From assembly GCA_965659665.1 (NCBI GenBank), contig CBFHWU010000002.1, positions 12,336 through 76,335 on the forward strand: a DNA stretch of 64,000 bases. Reading direction: 5' to 3'. Both the position numbers and the translations under genes were made by a program. Position 1 is the stretch's first letter; every line of letters begins with the position of its first letter. The notes under the pieces are model-generated. The model was not told where the DNA came from. It searched no databases and saw only the letters and a list, made by a program, of their open reading frames with translations. This DNA is from Flavobacteriaceae bacterium (GTDB lineage Bacteria > Bacteroidota > Bacteroidia > Flavobacteriales > Flavobacteriaceae). This document shows, in pieces, positions 52,777 to 63,589 of the stretch.

Positions 52777-53709
52777 TTAATTTTTCATTCCTATTTCTTT
52801 TAATTTTTTATTTAGAATTAATGATGCTTTCCTAGCCCCATTGTGGTTTAAATGATCTGCATCATAAAAATCAAAATAATCAAAACTTTCATGTTGAATC
52901 ATATTGTAATAAGTAACATGCTGGTTCAAACTATCCAAATAAGCGAGTGTATTGGTCATTTTATCTTTCTTTTTGGGATTTAATAGATCATAAAATTTTT
53001 TTGTATTGGGTAACGTTAGCAACACGATTTTTATGTCCTTATCATGACAATATTTAATCATGTTATCCAACAAAACTAAATTTTCCTCAAAATCAAATAG
53101 ATGATCTTCAATCGCTATAGCTCTTTTTTGAATTAAATCATCCGAAAGTCTTTGCTCCGAATAATCTCTATAATTAATTCCAAAACCAGAATCATTGCAA
53201 TTTGTAATCGATCCATCTTTTATATACCGGATGAATAATTTAACATTAGATCTTAAGCCTCTTGTGAAAGAAATGAAATAATTTCTTTTATCAAAAACAG
53301 AATTATTGGGAATCTCTACATTCATATAATGTTGATAATAATATTTTCTCCATATATTTTCTTTGTTTTCAACAAGTTCAGCAAGTGTAGTGTACTCAAT
53401 ATGTAAGATAATGCATTTTAAATTTTTAAATTTTGGGATATGTTTATCAAATAATAATTTATCATAATATAAAGTTTGACTTATCAAAGAAAAATTATAG
53501 GTAGAAAAATCGATATATTTAGGATTAATGCCATAAAACGGATGCGAATTACCGAAGACTAATATTTCAGCTTTATCATACTGAAATTGAATATCATGCG
53601 CTTTTTTTGTATAATCATTTTCAGCTGCTCTGTAAAAACATTCAAAGAAGAGGATCAGGATTACAATTGGTAAGATAAAAAGGAAGAGTTTTTTATATTT
53701 ACGAATCAT
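52777..53709 (-). CDS. membrane-anchored protein coupled to the MBOAT (DltD/AlgJ-like partner role inferred)
   Basis: 310-aa ORF with a single N-terminal TM. It starts 12 nt after the MBOAT stop. The function is inferred from gene pairing only. Confidence 0.55.
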   Translation of the reverse strand: MIRKYKKLFLFILPIVILILFFECFYRAAENDYTKKAHDIQFQYDKAEILVFGNSHPFYGINPKYIDFSTYNFSLISQTLYYDKLLFDKHIPKFKNLKCIILHIEYTTLAELVENKENIWRKYYYQHYMNVEIPNNSVFDKRNYFISFTRGLRSNVKLFIRYIKDGSITNCNDSGFGINYRDYSEQRLSDDLIQKRAIAIEDHLFDFEENLVLLDNMIKYCHDKDIKIVLLTLPNTKKFYDLLNPKKKDKMTNTLAYLDSLNQHVTYYNMIQHESFDYFDFYDADHLNHNGARKASLILNKKLKEIGMKN

Positions 53710-53721
53710 TGATTCCGAGAG

Positions 53722-55116
53722 TTAAAATTGAAAATAAATAAATTTTTGATCCGAATTATGGTAATGTAAAATTAGAAAAACAGCTAGATAATACATCCCA
53801 TATCTGATCATATGCTTGGAATAAAGCATATTAAAATAATTTTTGTGAAATCTAAATAAGAACTCACCACAAAAAGATGCACCTATTAAAAAAAGTAAAG
53901 CTTTAGGCAAAACATCAGGGAATTTAAAAGTTGACCAATCAAACAAATACCCTATGTAGGCAATTGAATGTGTCAAATTTTCTGAACGAAAAAAAATCCA
54001 TGCAAAGGAAACAAAAAGAAATGTTGTTATTGTAGCTAAAAAATCTGAACTTTTATTTTGGTATGAAGGAAAAAGCGATGAAACATAAAAACCAAAAAAA
54101 TGAAGTAAACCCCAGGCTACAAAGGTCCAATTTGCACCATGCCAAACCCCACTTATTAGAAATACAATAAAAACGTTTCTGAAGGTAATAATCTTATTTT
54201 TTTTGTTCCCGCCTAGTGGAATGTATACATAATCTTTAAACCAACTGCTTAATGAAATATGCCACCTGCTCCAAAATTCTTTGAGGTTGGCCGAAAAATA
54301 AGGCATTTTAAAATTATACATTAAATTAAACCCCAACATTTTAGCAATGCCTACCGCCATATCAGAATAGCCAGAAAAATCTCCGTAGATTTGAATACTA
54401 AAAAGAAAAACCCCTAAAGCGAGTGTACTTGAATTATAATTTTCATAATTAAAGAAAATATCATCTACATATACAGAGCATTGATCAGCGATTACGACTT
54501 TTTTAAAAAGCCCCCATAAAAATAATTTTAAACCAAATGAAAAATTTCTAGGATGAAGGAATCTTTTTTTTTCAATTTGGGTTAATAAATCCTTTGCGCG
54601 CTCTATTGGTCCTGCGATCAATTGCGGAAAAAAACCCACAAAACACAGAAATGAAATTAAATCGTTAGTGGGTCGAATTCTTTTCTTGTACACATCTATG
54701 GTATAACTTAATGTTTGAAAGGTGTAAAAACTTATCCCTAAAGGTAAAATTAATTCTAGGTAATGAATAGTAACTCTAATACCAAAAAATGTCAGCGAAT
54801 TAGTTACATTTTCTATAAAAAAATTATAATATTTAAAAGTAATTAACACACCAATATTAATAATTACACTAAACAAAAGATATCTTTTTTTTACATGTTG
54901 TCTTGTCTCATGGTATATTTTTTGGCCCATATTATAATCTAATAATGAACTAAAAATTATTAACGCGAGATAACTCCAATGCCAATAACCATAAAAAAAA
55001 TAACTAAACAATAGTAATAAAAGGTTTTGTTTTTTTAAGTCTTTATTAAAAACAAACCAATATAAAGTGTAAAAAACAATAAAAAAAACTCCAAAATCTA
55101 CTGAATTAAAAAGCAA
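53722..55116 (-). CDS. MBOAT-family O-acyltransferase (AlgI/DltB-like)
   Basis: 464-aa polytopic ORF with the MBOAT His motif RWHISLSSWFKDYVYIPLGG. It has an apparent TTG start (MLFNSVDF). Confidence 0.85.
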   Translation of the reverse strand: MLFNSVDFGVFFIVFYTLYWFVFNKDLKKQNLLLLLFSYFFYGYWHWSYLALIIFSSLLDYNMGQKIYHETRQHVKKRYLLFSVIINIGVLITFKYYNFFIENVTNSLTFFGIRVTIHYLELILPLGISFYTFQTLSYTIDVYKKRIRPTNDLISFLCFVGFFPQLIAGPIERAKDLLTQIEKKRFLHPRNFSFGLKLFLWGLFKKVVIADQCSVYVDDIFFNYENYNSSTLALGVFLFSIQIYGDFSGYSDMAVGIAKMLGFNLMYNFKMPYFSANLKEFWSRWHISLSSWFKDYVYIPLGGNKKNKIITFRNVFIVFLISGVWHGANWTFVAWGLLHFFGFYVSSLFPSYQNKSSDFLATITTFLFVSFAWIFFRSENLTHSIAYIGYLFDWSTFKFPDVLPKALLFLIGASFCGEFLFRFHKNYFNMLYSKHMIRYGMYYLAVFLILHYHNSDQKFIYFQF

Positions 55117-55309
55117 AATATTACAATAAGTAAGTGAAAATATGTAAAAAAGACTATACTATCAATATTGTTTATGTTTTAAATAAATTATATTAAATAA
55201 ATATAGCTAAATCGATAAAAAATAACATTAATTTTTTGAGCAAAAACCCAAATTATAGCATTAAAAAATATCGCTGTAACTAAGGCTATACCTCATAAAA
55301 AGTGTGTAT

Positions 55310-55854
55310 TTATTTTTTGGTTATTTCGTAGCAAAAATGTTTTTCGTATGCAGGATGATTAATCATTTCAGGATGATTGAATTCTCTCTTTTTTTGTCAT
55401 TCCTATTTTCTTCATAACATTTTGGGATTTATTATTCTTTATCGGGCAGACTGATATTATTTTATTTATACCTAATTCATTAAATGCATATTCAAGACAT
55501 TTCTTTCCACCTTCTGTTGCATATCCTTTTCCCCAGGCATTTCTTTTTAATCTCCAACCAATATCAATTGCAGGAGTAAATGTTGTTTTATAATCTTGAA
55601 ATGCAAGACCTATCATTCCAATAAATTCATTTGTTTCTAATATTTCAGCTGCGTAGTATGTGAATCCATTTTTAGCAAAATGGTTTCTGAGTTTATCTAT
55701 GAGTTTCTCAACTTCTTTTTTCGATAGTGTATTTCGGAAAGTGTTCCATTACATCTTCATCAGAATTTAACTTTGCAAATTCTTCCAAATCTTCGTTTCT
55801 CCATTTTCGAAAACCTAATCTCTCTGATTTAAATATGTATTCGCTTTTATTCAT
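55310..55854 (-). pseudogene. GNAT (RimJ/RimL-like) N-acetyltransferase disrupted by two homopolymer frameshifts
   Basis: Own translation gives three frame segments. The first is MNKSEYIFKSERLGFRKWRNEDLEEFAKLNSDEDVMEHFPKYTIEK. After a shift at the T6 run near 55725 it continues EVEKLIDKLRNHFAKNGFTYYAAEILETNEFIGMIGLAFQ...KIGMTKK. After a shift at the T7 run near 55391 it ends REFNHPEMINHPAYEKHFCYEITKK. Confidence 0.75.
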
Positions 55855-55878
55855 TTTTAAATGGAAGCTAACCCAGTG

Positions 55879-57294
<1,416 letters not shown>

Positions 57295-57354
57295 TTAATA
57301 ACACATAAGGGTTTGGAGTATGTAGAGTGGCGAGCTATTTCCCAACATATTTTT

Positions 57355-57897
57355 TTATATATATATGGTGTCGTTATTTTTAAAATTCCTTATCAGCTCC
57401 AAGTCAGTTAATTTAACTCCACGAAATGTTAGAACTTCAAGATTTTCATGTTGTGACACACTTTCTAATCCTTTTTTCATTCCATCAACATAGAAATATT
57501 TTAAATCCTTTAGGTCAGAGACAAAACTTAAATCAATAGCTACAGATTTTGTTTCGCCAATACTCAGTGCTGTCAGTTTAAGATAGTCACGAATTGGAGT
57601 AAAATCTGTAGTCATATAAGATGAAATAGTGAATTTTTTTACAGCTTGTAAATACTTTAAAAAGTTAAAATCCACTGTGTCATCCCACGAAATTCGTAAT
57701 CTTATATCAGGATATTTTTTGTAGAAGTTATTGAGAACTTTCCAAGTTTTTTTGTTTGGGTTTTTAAATTCAAAAAACTGAATTGTATGGATATTTGGTT
57801 CTTTTATCAATTTTGAAATATCAGAATTCCTGAGATTATTATAGATGTTGATATTCCCACTGAAATTTTTCCAATTTTTTTGTTCAATTAATTTCAT
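57355..57897 (-). CDS. hypothetical protein with leucine-rich-repeat-like periodicity
   Basis: 180-aa ORF with repeated L..L..L/F segments in the C-terminal half (LKLTALSIGE, LKDLKYFYVDG, LEVLTFRGVKLTDLELI). No family recognised. Confidence 0.5.
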   Translation of the reverse strand: MKLIEQKNWKNFSGNINIYNNLRNSDISKLIKEPNIHTIQFFEFKNPNKKTWKVLNNFYKKYPDIRLRISWDDTVDFNFLKYLQAVKKFTISSYMTTDFTPIRDYLKLTALSIGETKSVAIDLSFVSDLKDLKYFYVDGMKKGLESVSQHENLEVLTFRGVKLTDLELIRNFKNNDTIYI

Positions 57898-57975
57898 TTA
57901 GTATTCGGTTTCTGTAATGCACTACATCGGTTTTGTTTATGATACCTACCCTGAAAAGGGTGTGTGCTAAACAGC

Positions 57976-58701
57976 TTATTTTGGCGTTATTATTTTTATT
58001 GTTTTTTTATTTTCTACTGTTATTTCTGAGCCTTCAACTAACATTACCGAAATTGGTTTGGTTGAATTTAGAAATTCGAATTCCTTTCCGTACACAGTAC
58101 CAAAGTTTATATCAATTTCATAATTAGTCACTTTATAGGCTTCCCACTTTGGGTGGGTAACTTCATATTCATTGGATTTAGTACGATTTACTTTTGCATA
58201 GCCCCAATAGTGTTCTGTAATAAATTCTATCTCACTATTTGATTCTATATTGAATTTTTCAATACTTGCATCAATTTTTATAAAATTCCATTTATTTGAT
58301 TTTTTCCATCTGTATTGCACAGTTCTTTGTTTGTGGTTTGAACTCCAAGAGTGTTCCATTGGCAATGTTTCATAATTTTCATTATACACTGTATTTGCCA
58401 CAAAAGTCAAAGCTCGTTTCGGAACAATTTCTTTGATAAATACAACTCCTCTTTTCCATTCTCGATTGTCAAATCGTTTAACGTAGAATCGTAAATTAAC
58501 TTCTTCGAAGTTTGAATGAAATGGAATTTTAACCCCTAATAGTTTAGTATTTAAAAACATAAATCCGACTAAGCTAACATAGCATTTTCCATTCCACAAG
58601 TCTAATTCGGTACCAACAGGAAGATATTTGTCAAGTAGTTGCTTATCAATGATATAATTCGCTAATGCGAGTTTTCTCCATTCTGCTTTTATAAAGCTCA
58701 T
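57976..58701 (-). CDS. DUF2071-family (YqjF-like) protein
   Basis: 241-aa ORF whose N-terminus AEWRKLALANY...LDLWNGKCYVSLVGFMF and NLRFYV are typical of DUF2071. Confidence 0.65.
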   Translation of the reverse strand: MSFIKAEWRKLALANYIIDKQLLDKYLPVGTELDLWNGKCYVSLVGFMFLNTKLLGVKIPFHSNFEEVNLRFYVKRFDNREWKRGVVFIKEIVPKRALTFVANTVYNENYETLPMEHSWSSNHKQRTVQYRWKKSNKWNFIKIDASIEKFNIESNSEIEFITEHYWGYAKVNRTKSNEYEVTHPKWEAYKVTNYEIDINFGTVYGKEFEFLNSTKPISVMLVEGSEITVENKKTIKIITPK

Positions 58702-58782
58702 ATCGTTTCGTTTTAGTTGCCCTAAGGGTTTGTGTCGTTTATTATTAAAAAGTGTAAAAACACTGCTTCAGTTTGTCTTTTG

Positions 58783-59367
58783 TTAAATTGAAGCTAATGT
58801 TAATATTTCAGGGTATGTTCCTTTCCCCTTGTTCAGAAAGTCTACCCCTTGTTTTATTCGTTTGTTTAATTGTTTAGATCCTGGTCTTTGGCTTAATAAA
58901 TCTTCAATTTCATTCATATATTTTTTAGCAGTTTTATGATTTTTATTTTCAACGTTTAAAGCAGCAATAAAAAGTTTGAAGTCCATTTCATTCACAAAAA
59001 AACGCACTCCCTTGTTCATTAATTTTCGATGTTTCTTTATTATTTTTTTACTGTCCCTTACATTCAACCACTTGGATAATGATGAGCAGTAAAATTCATT
59101 TACGTCTGAATAATGTTTTTCGAAGTAATACCAAAGAGAATCAAGTCTTCGAATTAAAGTTTTGTGTGTGTCTTTGATATCATATTTCCATTAAAAAAGT
59201 AGTTATAAGAACCCCCAGCGTTTATACCAGTAAAATTTTGTTTATTTATTTGATTAGCATAAACAGTATTAGCAGAAAGTATTTTATAATTTGCTGCATT
59301 CTTTTCCTTCTAGTTCTAATTTAAGGTCAAGAACTGCGCCTTTAAAAGTAATTTCGATTTTGTTCAT
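58783..59367 (-). pseudogene. hypothetical gene split over three frames (two single-base frameshifts)
   Basis: Own translation gives three frame segments from ATG 59367. They are MNKIEITFKGAVLDLKLELEG, then KNAANYKILSANTVYANQINKQNFTGINAGGSYNYFF, then WKYDIKDTHKTLIRRLDSLWYYFEKHYSDVNEFYCSSLSKWLNVRDSKK..., which runs to the stop at 58783. The shifts fall at short A/T runs. Confidence 0.5.
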
Positions 59368-59384
59368 ATGTATTTGGTTTTAAT

Positions 59385-60104
59385 TTATGTGCTAAGTGGT
59401 AAATCTCTTTCACCGTATGTGTAAGAACTACTTCCTAAGTTTGATATATTGTTGATGTTGCCTACGTTGAACTCAGACTCCCAAGGGTCAAGCAGCCTTT
59501 CGTTAGGGCTAAACCCTGTAAAATCCCCAGTTTTATTTTCATTTCCTGTAATACTTTGCCAGTCATTCCAAATTCTATCAACATTCGCATGATGAAGCCA
59601 GAATAATGGATCTCTTGGGGAGAACATAGGGTTACCCATTATTCCACCAACAAAATTATGCCCCCTGTTATGTGGTCCAACTTCTAGTTGTTTAGTAAAC
59701 GAATAAAAGTCAGAATTAGATAGAATCGTAGTTATTTCGCTTTCATCTGTAAAATCAACATTTCTTATATGTCGGTTATTATTTGGAAGGGCTGTAATTT
59801 TACTTGGGATTTGTGTGTCTTTTGTCCAATCCCAATATGGTATAAAAACACTTGGGTTAATTCTTTGCAAAGCTCTTTCAAAGACAAGTAGATAGGCTCT
59901 ATGCCAGGGTAAAAATCTAAGAAACCCTAATCTTCCTGACATACTACCATGCATTCTATGCCTAGCCATGAAACTTGTTCCCATTGCAGCATGATGCATG
60001 ACAAATGACTCATATAATCCATCATTGAATAATTTTTCGACTGCCGAATTAAAATTTAACCAATCTTCATCGGTCATTTGCTTAGAACTTTTTCTTATTG
60101 TCAT
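59385..60104 (-). CDS. small type-3 copper protein (tyrosinase / polyphenol-oxidase family)
   Basis: 239-aa ORF with a CuA region (HH..M...FLPWHRAYL) and a CuB region (HNRGHNFVGG...DPLFWLHHANVDRIW). No signal peptide is visible. Confidence 0.82.
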   Translation of the reverse strand: MTIRKSSKQMTDEDWLNFNSAVEKLFNDGLYESFVMHHAAMGTSFMARHRMHGSMSGRLGFLRFLPWHRAYLLVFERALQRINPSVFIPYWDWTKDTQIPSKITALPNNNRHIRNVDFTDESEITTILSNSDFYSFTKQLEVGPHNRGHNFVGGIMGNPMFSPRDPLFWLHHANVDRIWNDWQSITGNENKTGDFTGFSPNERLLDPWESEFNVGNINNISNLGSSSYTYGERDLPLST

Positions 60105-60130
60105 TTTATAGTTTATTTAGTTTTTAATTT

Positions 60131-60194
60131 GCTACAACGGTTTGAATATGGTGCGTATCCCGCAGGGTATGCATTATACACCTTGTTGTAGGGC
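60131..60194. repeat. 64-nt imperfect palindrome with AAC...GTT outer boxes (attC-like candidate)
   Basis: The outer box CTACAAC (60132-60138) pairs with GTTGTAG (60185-60191). Two bulged T bases follow. The central stem is GCGTATCC/GGGTATGC, with two G.T pairs that exist only on the plus strand. Confidence 0.5.
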
Positions 60195-60199
60195 GTTTT

Positions 60200-60778
60200 T
60201 TATTCAATAATATCTTCAAAGATTATTTCATTTTTTACTTTGCTAATTGAAATTCTCCTAAAAGCCGGAGCATAACCTTTTTGTCCACTTGGTTCGCAAT
60301 ATTCTCTAACAAAAGCAAATTCAGTTTCATAGTTTTGAATCACTTTGGGTCCAAAATATCTTTTGTCCGACATATAAAGCACCTCTTCAACAGAATTATT
60401 TTCCGCTTGAAAATTGTCCGAGTTTTTGATTTTGTTAACAGCATTATTTTTATCTCTTTCAGATATTTCTAAAGTGAAAGTATGGTAATAATCACCTATT
60501 GCTGACATGGATTCATTATTAACAAGTTCGAACTCGTCAATTAGTTCCATTCCTTGTTCTTCAATAAGTCTTTTTGCATTATTCTCAGTAAAAAGCTGAT
60601 CCTCAAAAACTATGAAGAATGTAATTGCTAGTACAATTAAGCCGTATCCAATTATAAGATATGTTGAGGCCTTTGGATATCCAAGCCGTTTAGGAATGAA
60701 ATATAGGAGAAGTCCAACTCCGACAGGTATTCCTATAAATACAAGCATTAATAAACCTATGAATAGATATTCGTCCAT
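60200..60778 (-). CDS. hypothetical membrane protein (2 N-terminal TM segments)
   Basis: 192-aa ORF with no recognisable family. Confidence 0.5.
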   Translation of the reverse strand: MDEYLFIGLLMLVFIGIPVGVGLLLYFIPKRLGYPKASTYLIIGYGLIVLAITFFIVFEDQLFTENNAKRLIEEQGMELIDEFELVNNESMSAIGDYYHTFTLEISERDKNNAVNKIKNSDNFQAENNSVEEVLYMSDKRYFGPKVIQNYETEFAFVREYCEPSGQKGYAPAFRRISISKVKNEIIFEDIIE

Positions 60779-60859
60779 TGATATTTCGTTTTTTTTAATG
60801 CCCTACTAGTGTGTATATACTCCTTTAGGGGTGTTTATTTTCGTTATGTTTTTGTTTTT

Positions 60860-60898
60860 GTTCAACAATACTTCCCCAATCAGCATGTATTGTTGAAC
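60860..60898. repeat. perfect 12-bp stem / 15-nt loop hairpin at the 3' boundary of recombinase remnant 1
   Basis: GTTCAACAATAC-N15-GTATTGTTGAAC, 2 nt beyond the stop of the 60901-61233 ORF. It has the same architecture as 63551-63589. Confidence 0.7.
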
Positions 60899-60900
60899 TT

Positions 60901-61233
60901 TTATTCAATGTAACAATCATCTAAAGGGTTTTTTATTTTTCCAATTTCTTGAACGGAAACCCGTGTATAAAGTTCCGTTGTTTTGCGGCTATTATGCCCC
61001 AATAAAACCTGTATAGGTTTCAAGCTAACCCCCTGTTCCAATAAATGTGTTGCAAAACTATGCCGCAACATATGTGGAGTTACTCTTTTTTGAATTCCAA
61101 CAAGTTTAGCTTTGACTCCCTCGGGTTGTGTTTGTTTTTTGACCAAATCCAATAACGCCTTGTCATAAGCAAAATCTAGTTTTACAATAGCTTGTTGTTT
61201 GTGAACGTCGGGTATTAATCGTAGGTTTTTCAT
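60901..61233 (-). pseudogene. tyrosine recombinase remnant (internally deleted: about 35 N-terminal plus about 75 C-terminal residues)
   Basis: The C-terminus [39 protein letters not shown]...KIKNPLDD carries the R-H-x-x-R/H...Y catalytic box. At 110 aa, against the roughly 300+ aa usual for this family, it cannot be functional. Confidence 0.75.
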
Positions 61234-61324
61234 TACTAGAAAACAAATCTGGGGGGTTGTCTATCTCTAAATTTGCAAAAAATTACCAACTTCCAAAATG
61301 TACATGCTGCTTTTCTCTTATGTT
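61221..61324 (-). repeat. 104-nt conserved leader of the recombinase module, copy 1
   Basis: About 90% identical by eye to 63808-63911. It covers the start codon, the first codons and about 90 nt upstream. Confidence 0.8.
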
Positions 61325-61870
61325 TAGCGAATTTATTTGGGGCTTAATCATTTTCAAAAGTCCAATTCACCTCCATCAGAATGCTTATCATCCGTATAAT
61401 GGTAAGGAAAATATTTTTTACACACGCTCATTAGGGGTTAATGAGCACAAAACAAGGGTGAACGGTATGTTTTTGTATGGAAATGGTCATTATTAACCTG
61501 ATAAAAGCTGTAGGTAAAATCCTACATTTAGATCGTGAGACAACTCATCAAATTGAACGTTAAATATTAAAAAATAAAAGGAAAACAGAGGTTTTAATTA
61601 GCGGTATAGCATATCAAAAGTGACGAACAAAAGCGAGCTATGATTTCTATGTAAAAGATAACACGTTTATTTAAGTTGTAGCAATTGTCTTTATTTCTAT
61701 TATCATTTTTAAAAAATTAATGTTTCATCATTAAAAACTTGTAGGCTACATCTATTTAAAAATTATTTTTTTTTTATATTTGAGAAACCCAAATTTTTCT
61801 GACCCATGAAACAATTTACCACTCCATGGTTGTTTTCCCTTTTTTTAGTTGTCGATTTAACTTTCAATTA

Positions 61871-62572
61871 ATGAAAAAGAAATTAAGATTAATCGTAGAG
61901 GACAACAATTCTAAAAAAGGAAAATTATTTAATTATTTTATACAGGCATTGGTTATCCTGTCACTTATTTCATTTGCTGTCGAAACTTTGCCCAGCATTT
62001 CACCAAACGCAATCGATATGCTTAATGATTTTGAATTGTTTTGCGTATTGGTGTTTACGTTAGAATATTTGTTAAGGATTTATGTGTCAAAAGAACCTTT
62101 AAAATATATATTTAGTTTTTATGGAATTATTGACCTTTTAGCTTTTTTTCCATTTTATTTCAGATTAGCCTATGATTTTAGAGCTTTACGTATTTTTCGG
62201 ATTTTTAGAGTATTAAAACTAATCCGTTATAAAAAAACGCTTTACAGATTCCATATTGCTGCTAAAATAGTTAAAGAGGAGATGATTTTGTTTTTTTTTG
62301 TTACCTCAATATTCATATTCCTTGCATCGGCAGGTATTTACTTTTTTGAAAATAAAGCGCAGCCCGAATTATTTAGCTCTATATTTCATAGTGGTTGGTG
62401 GGCTATAGCAACATTAACGACAGTTGGTTATGGCGACGTTTATCCTATTACTATGGGGGGGAAAATATTTACTTTTTTTATTCTTTTAATTAGTATTGGA
62501 GTGGTTACAGTTCCGGCAGGATTAATTGCCAGTGCTTTATCTAAAGCACGTGAAATAGAAGAAAAAAATTAA
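61871..62572 (+). CDS. voltage-sensor-type K+ channel, accessory-region paralog (no zinc-ribbon tail)
   Basis: S4-like RALRIFRIFRVLKLIRY and filter TTVGYGD. ATG 61871 (MKKKLRLIVEDNN) is preferred over the 61826 extension. Confidence 0.82.
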   Translation: MKKKLRLIVEDNNSKKGKLFNYFIQALVILSLISFAVETLPSISPNAIDMLNDFELFCVLVFTLEYLLRIYVSKEPLKYIFSFYGIIDLLAFFPFYFRLAYDFRALRIFRIFRVLKLIRYKKTLYRFHIAAKIVKEEMILFFFVTSIFIFLASAGIYFFENKAQPELFSSIFHSGWWAIATLTTVGYGDVYPITMGGKIFTFFILLISIGVVTVPAGLIASALSKAREIEEKN

Positions 62573-62746
62573 ACAAATTGTTTTTAACTAATCAATCTTA
62601 AAAGAACTTTAAAAGGTATTAAAACTAGCGTTACCATGTGTGGTTAATTACGTTGGCTAGGACTAGTTAATAAACAAAAACGAACAATAGGAAAATCCGT
62701 AGGATTATCCGAATACACACAAACAAAACAATTGACTATACTCCGT

Positions 62747-62830
62747 GTTGTAGCACGTTTCCAAAGGGACGGGAGCGCGCCAACGGCGTGCGTAGTAACT
62801 TTAGTCCGCTTTTGCTGAATGTGCTACACC
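62747..62830 (+). repeat. GC-rich self-folding repeat, copy B
   Basis: It has the same orientation as copy A. There are 5 differences in 82 aligned nt by manual alignment. Confidence 0.7.
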
Positions 62831-62946
62831 GTTCAGATAAGCTCAGTGAGCATATCCATTCGGGATGATTTTAAAGTTGATATCTTGCACTAAAATGTGT
62901 TTACGGTTCAGTTTGCTCATTAAGCTTATTGTTTGTTATCAGCATC

Positions 62947-63324
62947 TTAATTGGTGCTTTCCCACAATATTCTAATTTCTACTAATTTATCTAATGATAT
63001 GTTAGAACAACTGTCTTCATTTCTATTCCCATCAACTATGTGGCAAACAGTTGCTCCGAGACAATTATACAATTTAAAATTATTATCATCTCCATAAGAA
63101 ATTAGGGTATCCTGTTTGTACGTATACAATTTGGAAGAATTATCTGGAGGATTAGCTATGGTACTTATTCCATTTTCACCATACAACCAATCATAATCAT
63201 CGATCAATTTTTTTAACCATGTTAATTCTTCAATGGGATTTTTGTAATTACATTCAATTGGTTCAATTTTTTCTTGACAATAAAGAAAAAGCAAAAGAAA
63301 AAAAGCCATACATAACTGTTTCAT
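62947..63324 (-). CDS. small lipoprotein, hypothetical
   Basis: ATG 63324 gives MKQLCMAFFLLLFLYCQEK (a lipobox-like Cys). The upstream in-frame part of the 62947-63540 ORF is a different, remnant domain. Confidence 0.55.
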   Translation of the reverse strand: MKQLCMAFFLLLFLYCQEKIEPIECNYKNPIEELTWLKKLIDDYDWLYGENGISTIANPPDNSSKLYTYKQDTLISYGDDNNFKLYNCLGATVCHIVDGNRNEDSCSNISLDKLVEIRILWESTN

Positions 63325-63561
63325 TATTTTGAGGGGATTATAATTTGTTTTGATATAATTTGTTTGTTGCTTCAATAAATATACCGTAAGCTTCAAGCTA
63401 CTTAAATTTATTAAGGAAACCTTATCATCAATTTCTTTTTGAAAAACATGATTACCCAATAAATCAGTTACGATTACATTAAATTTTAAGTCCTCATTAT
63501 AATAGCTTACAAAATCAATAAATAAGACATTATTAGTCACGGGGTTAGGAGTGTTGTTTAG
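63325..63561 (-). pseudogene. remnant of a T9SS C-terminal sorting domain (body of the gene missing)
   Basis: LNNTPNPVTNNVLFIDF...VIVTDLLGNHVFQKEI...INLSSLKLTVYLLKQQTNYIKT fits the Por-secretion-tail pattern. There is no upstream cargo domain and no stop of its own. It reads straight into the lipoprotein ORF. Confidence 0.45.
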
Positions 63562-63589
63562 CTTACTTTTTCGGAGGGCTAAACAACAC
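63551..63589. repeat. perfect 12-bp stem / 15-nt loop hairpin at the 3' boundary of recombinase remnant 2
   Basis: GTGTTGTTTAGC-N15-GCTAAACAACAC. The arm sequence resembles the 60860-60898 arms (9/12) but in flipped arm order. Confidence 0.7.

Noticed and set aside
55391-55725. Treating the homopolymer frameshifts purely as sequencing or assembly errors.
   Set aside because: I have not fully rejected this. It seems less likely because all core genes, which contain many runs of 7-9 A or T, are intact. It needs read-level verification.
61257-61496. 79-aa plus-strand ORF next to recombinase remnant 1.
   Set aside because: Its 5' third is the reverse strand of the conserved 104-nt recombinase leader. 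The equivalent region of copy 2 (63840-63911) does not preserve the frame, so it is most likely spurious.
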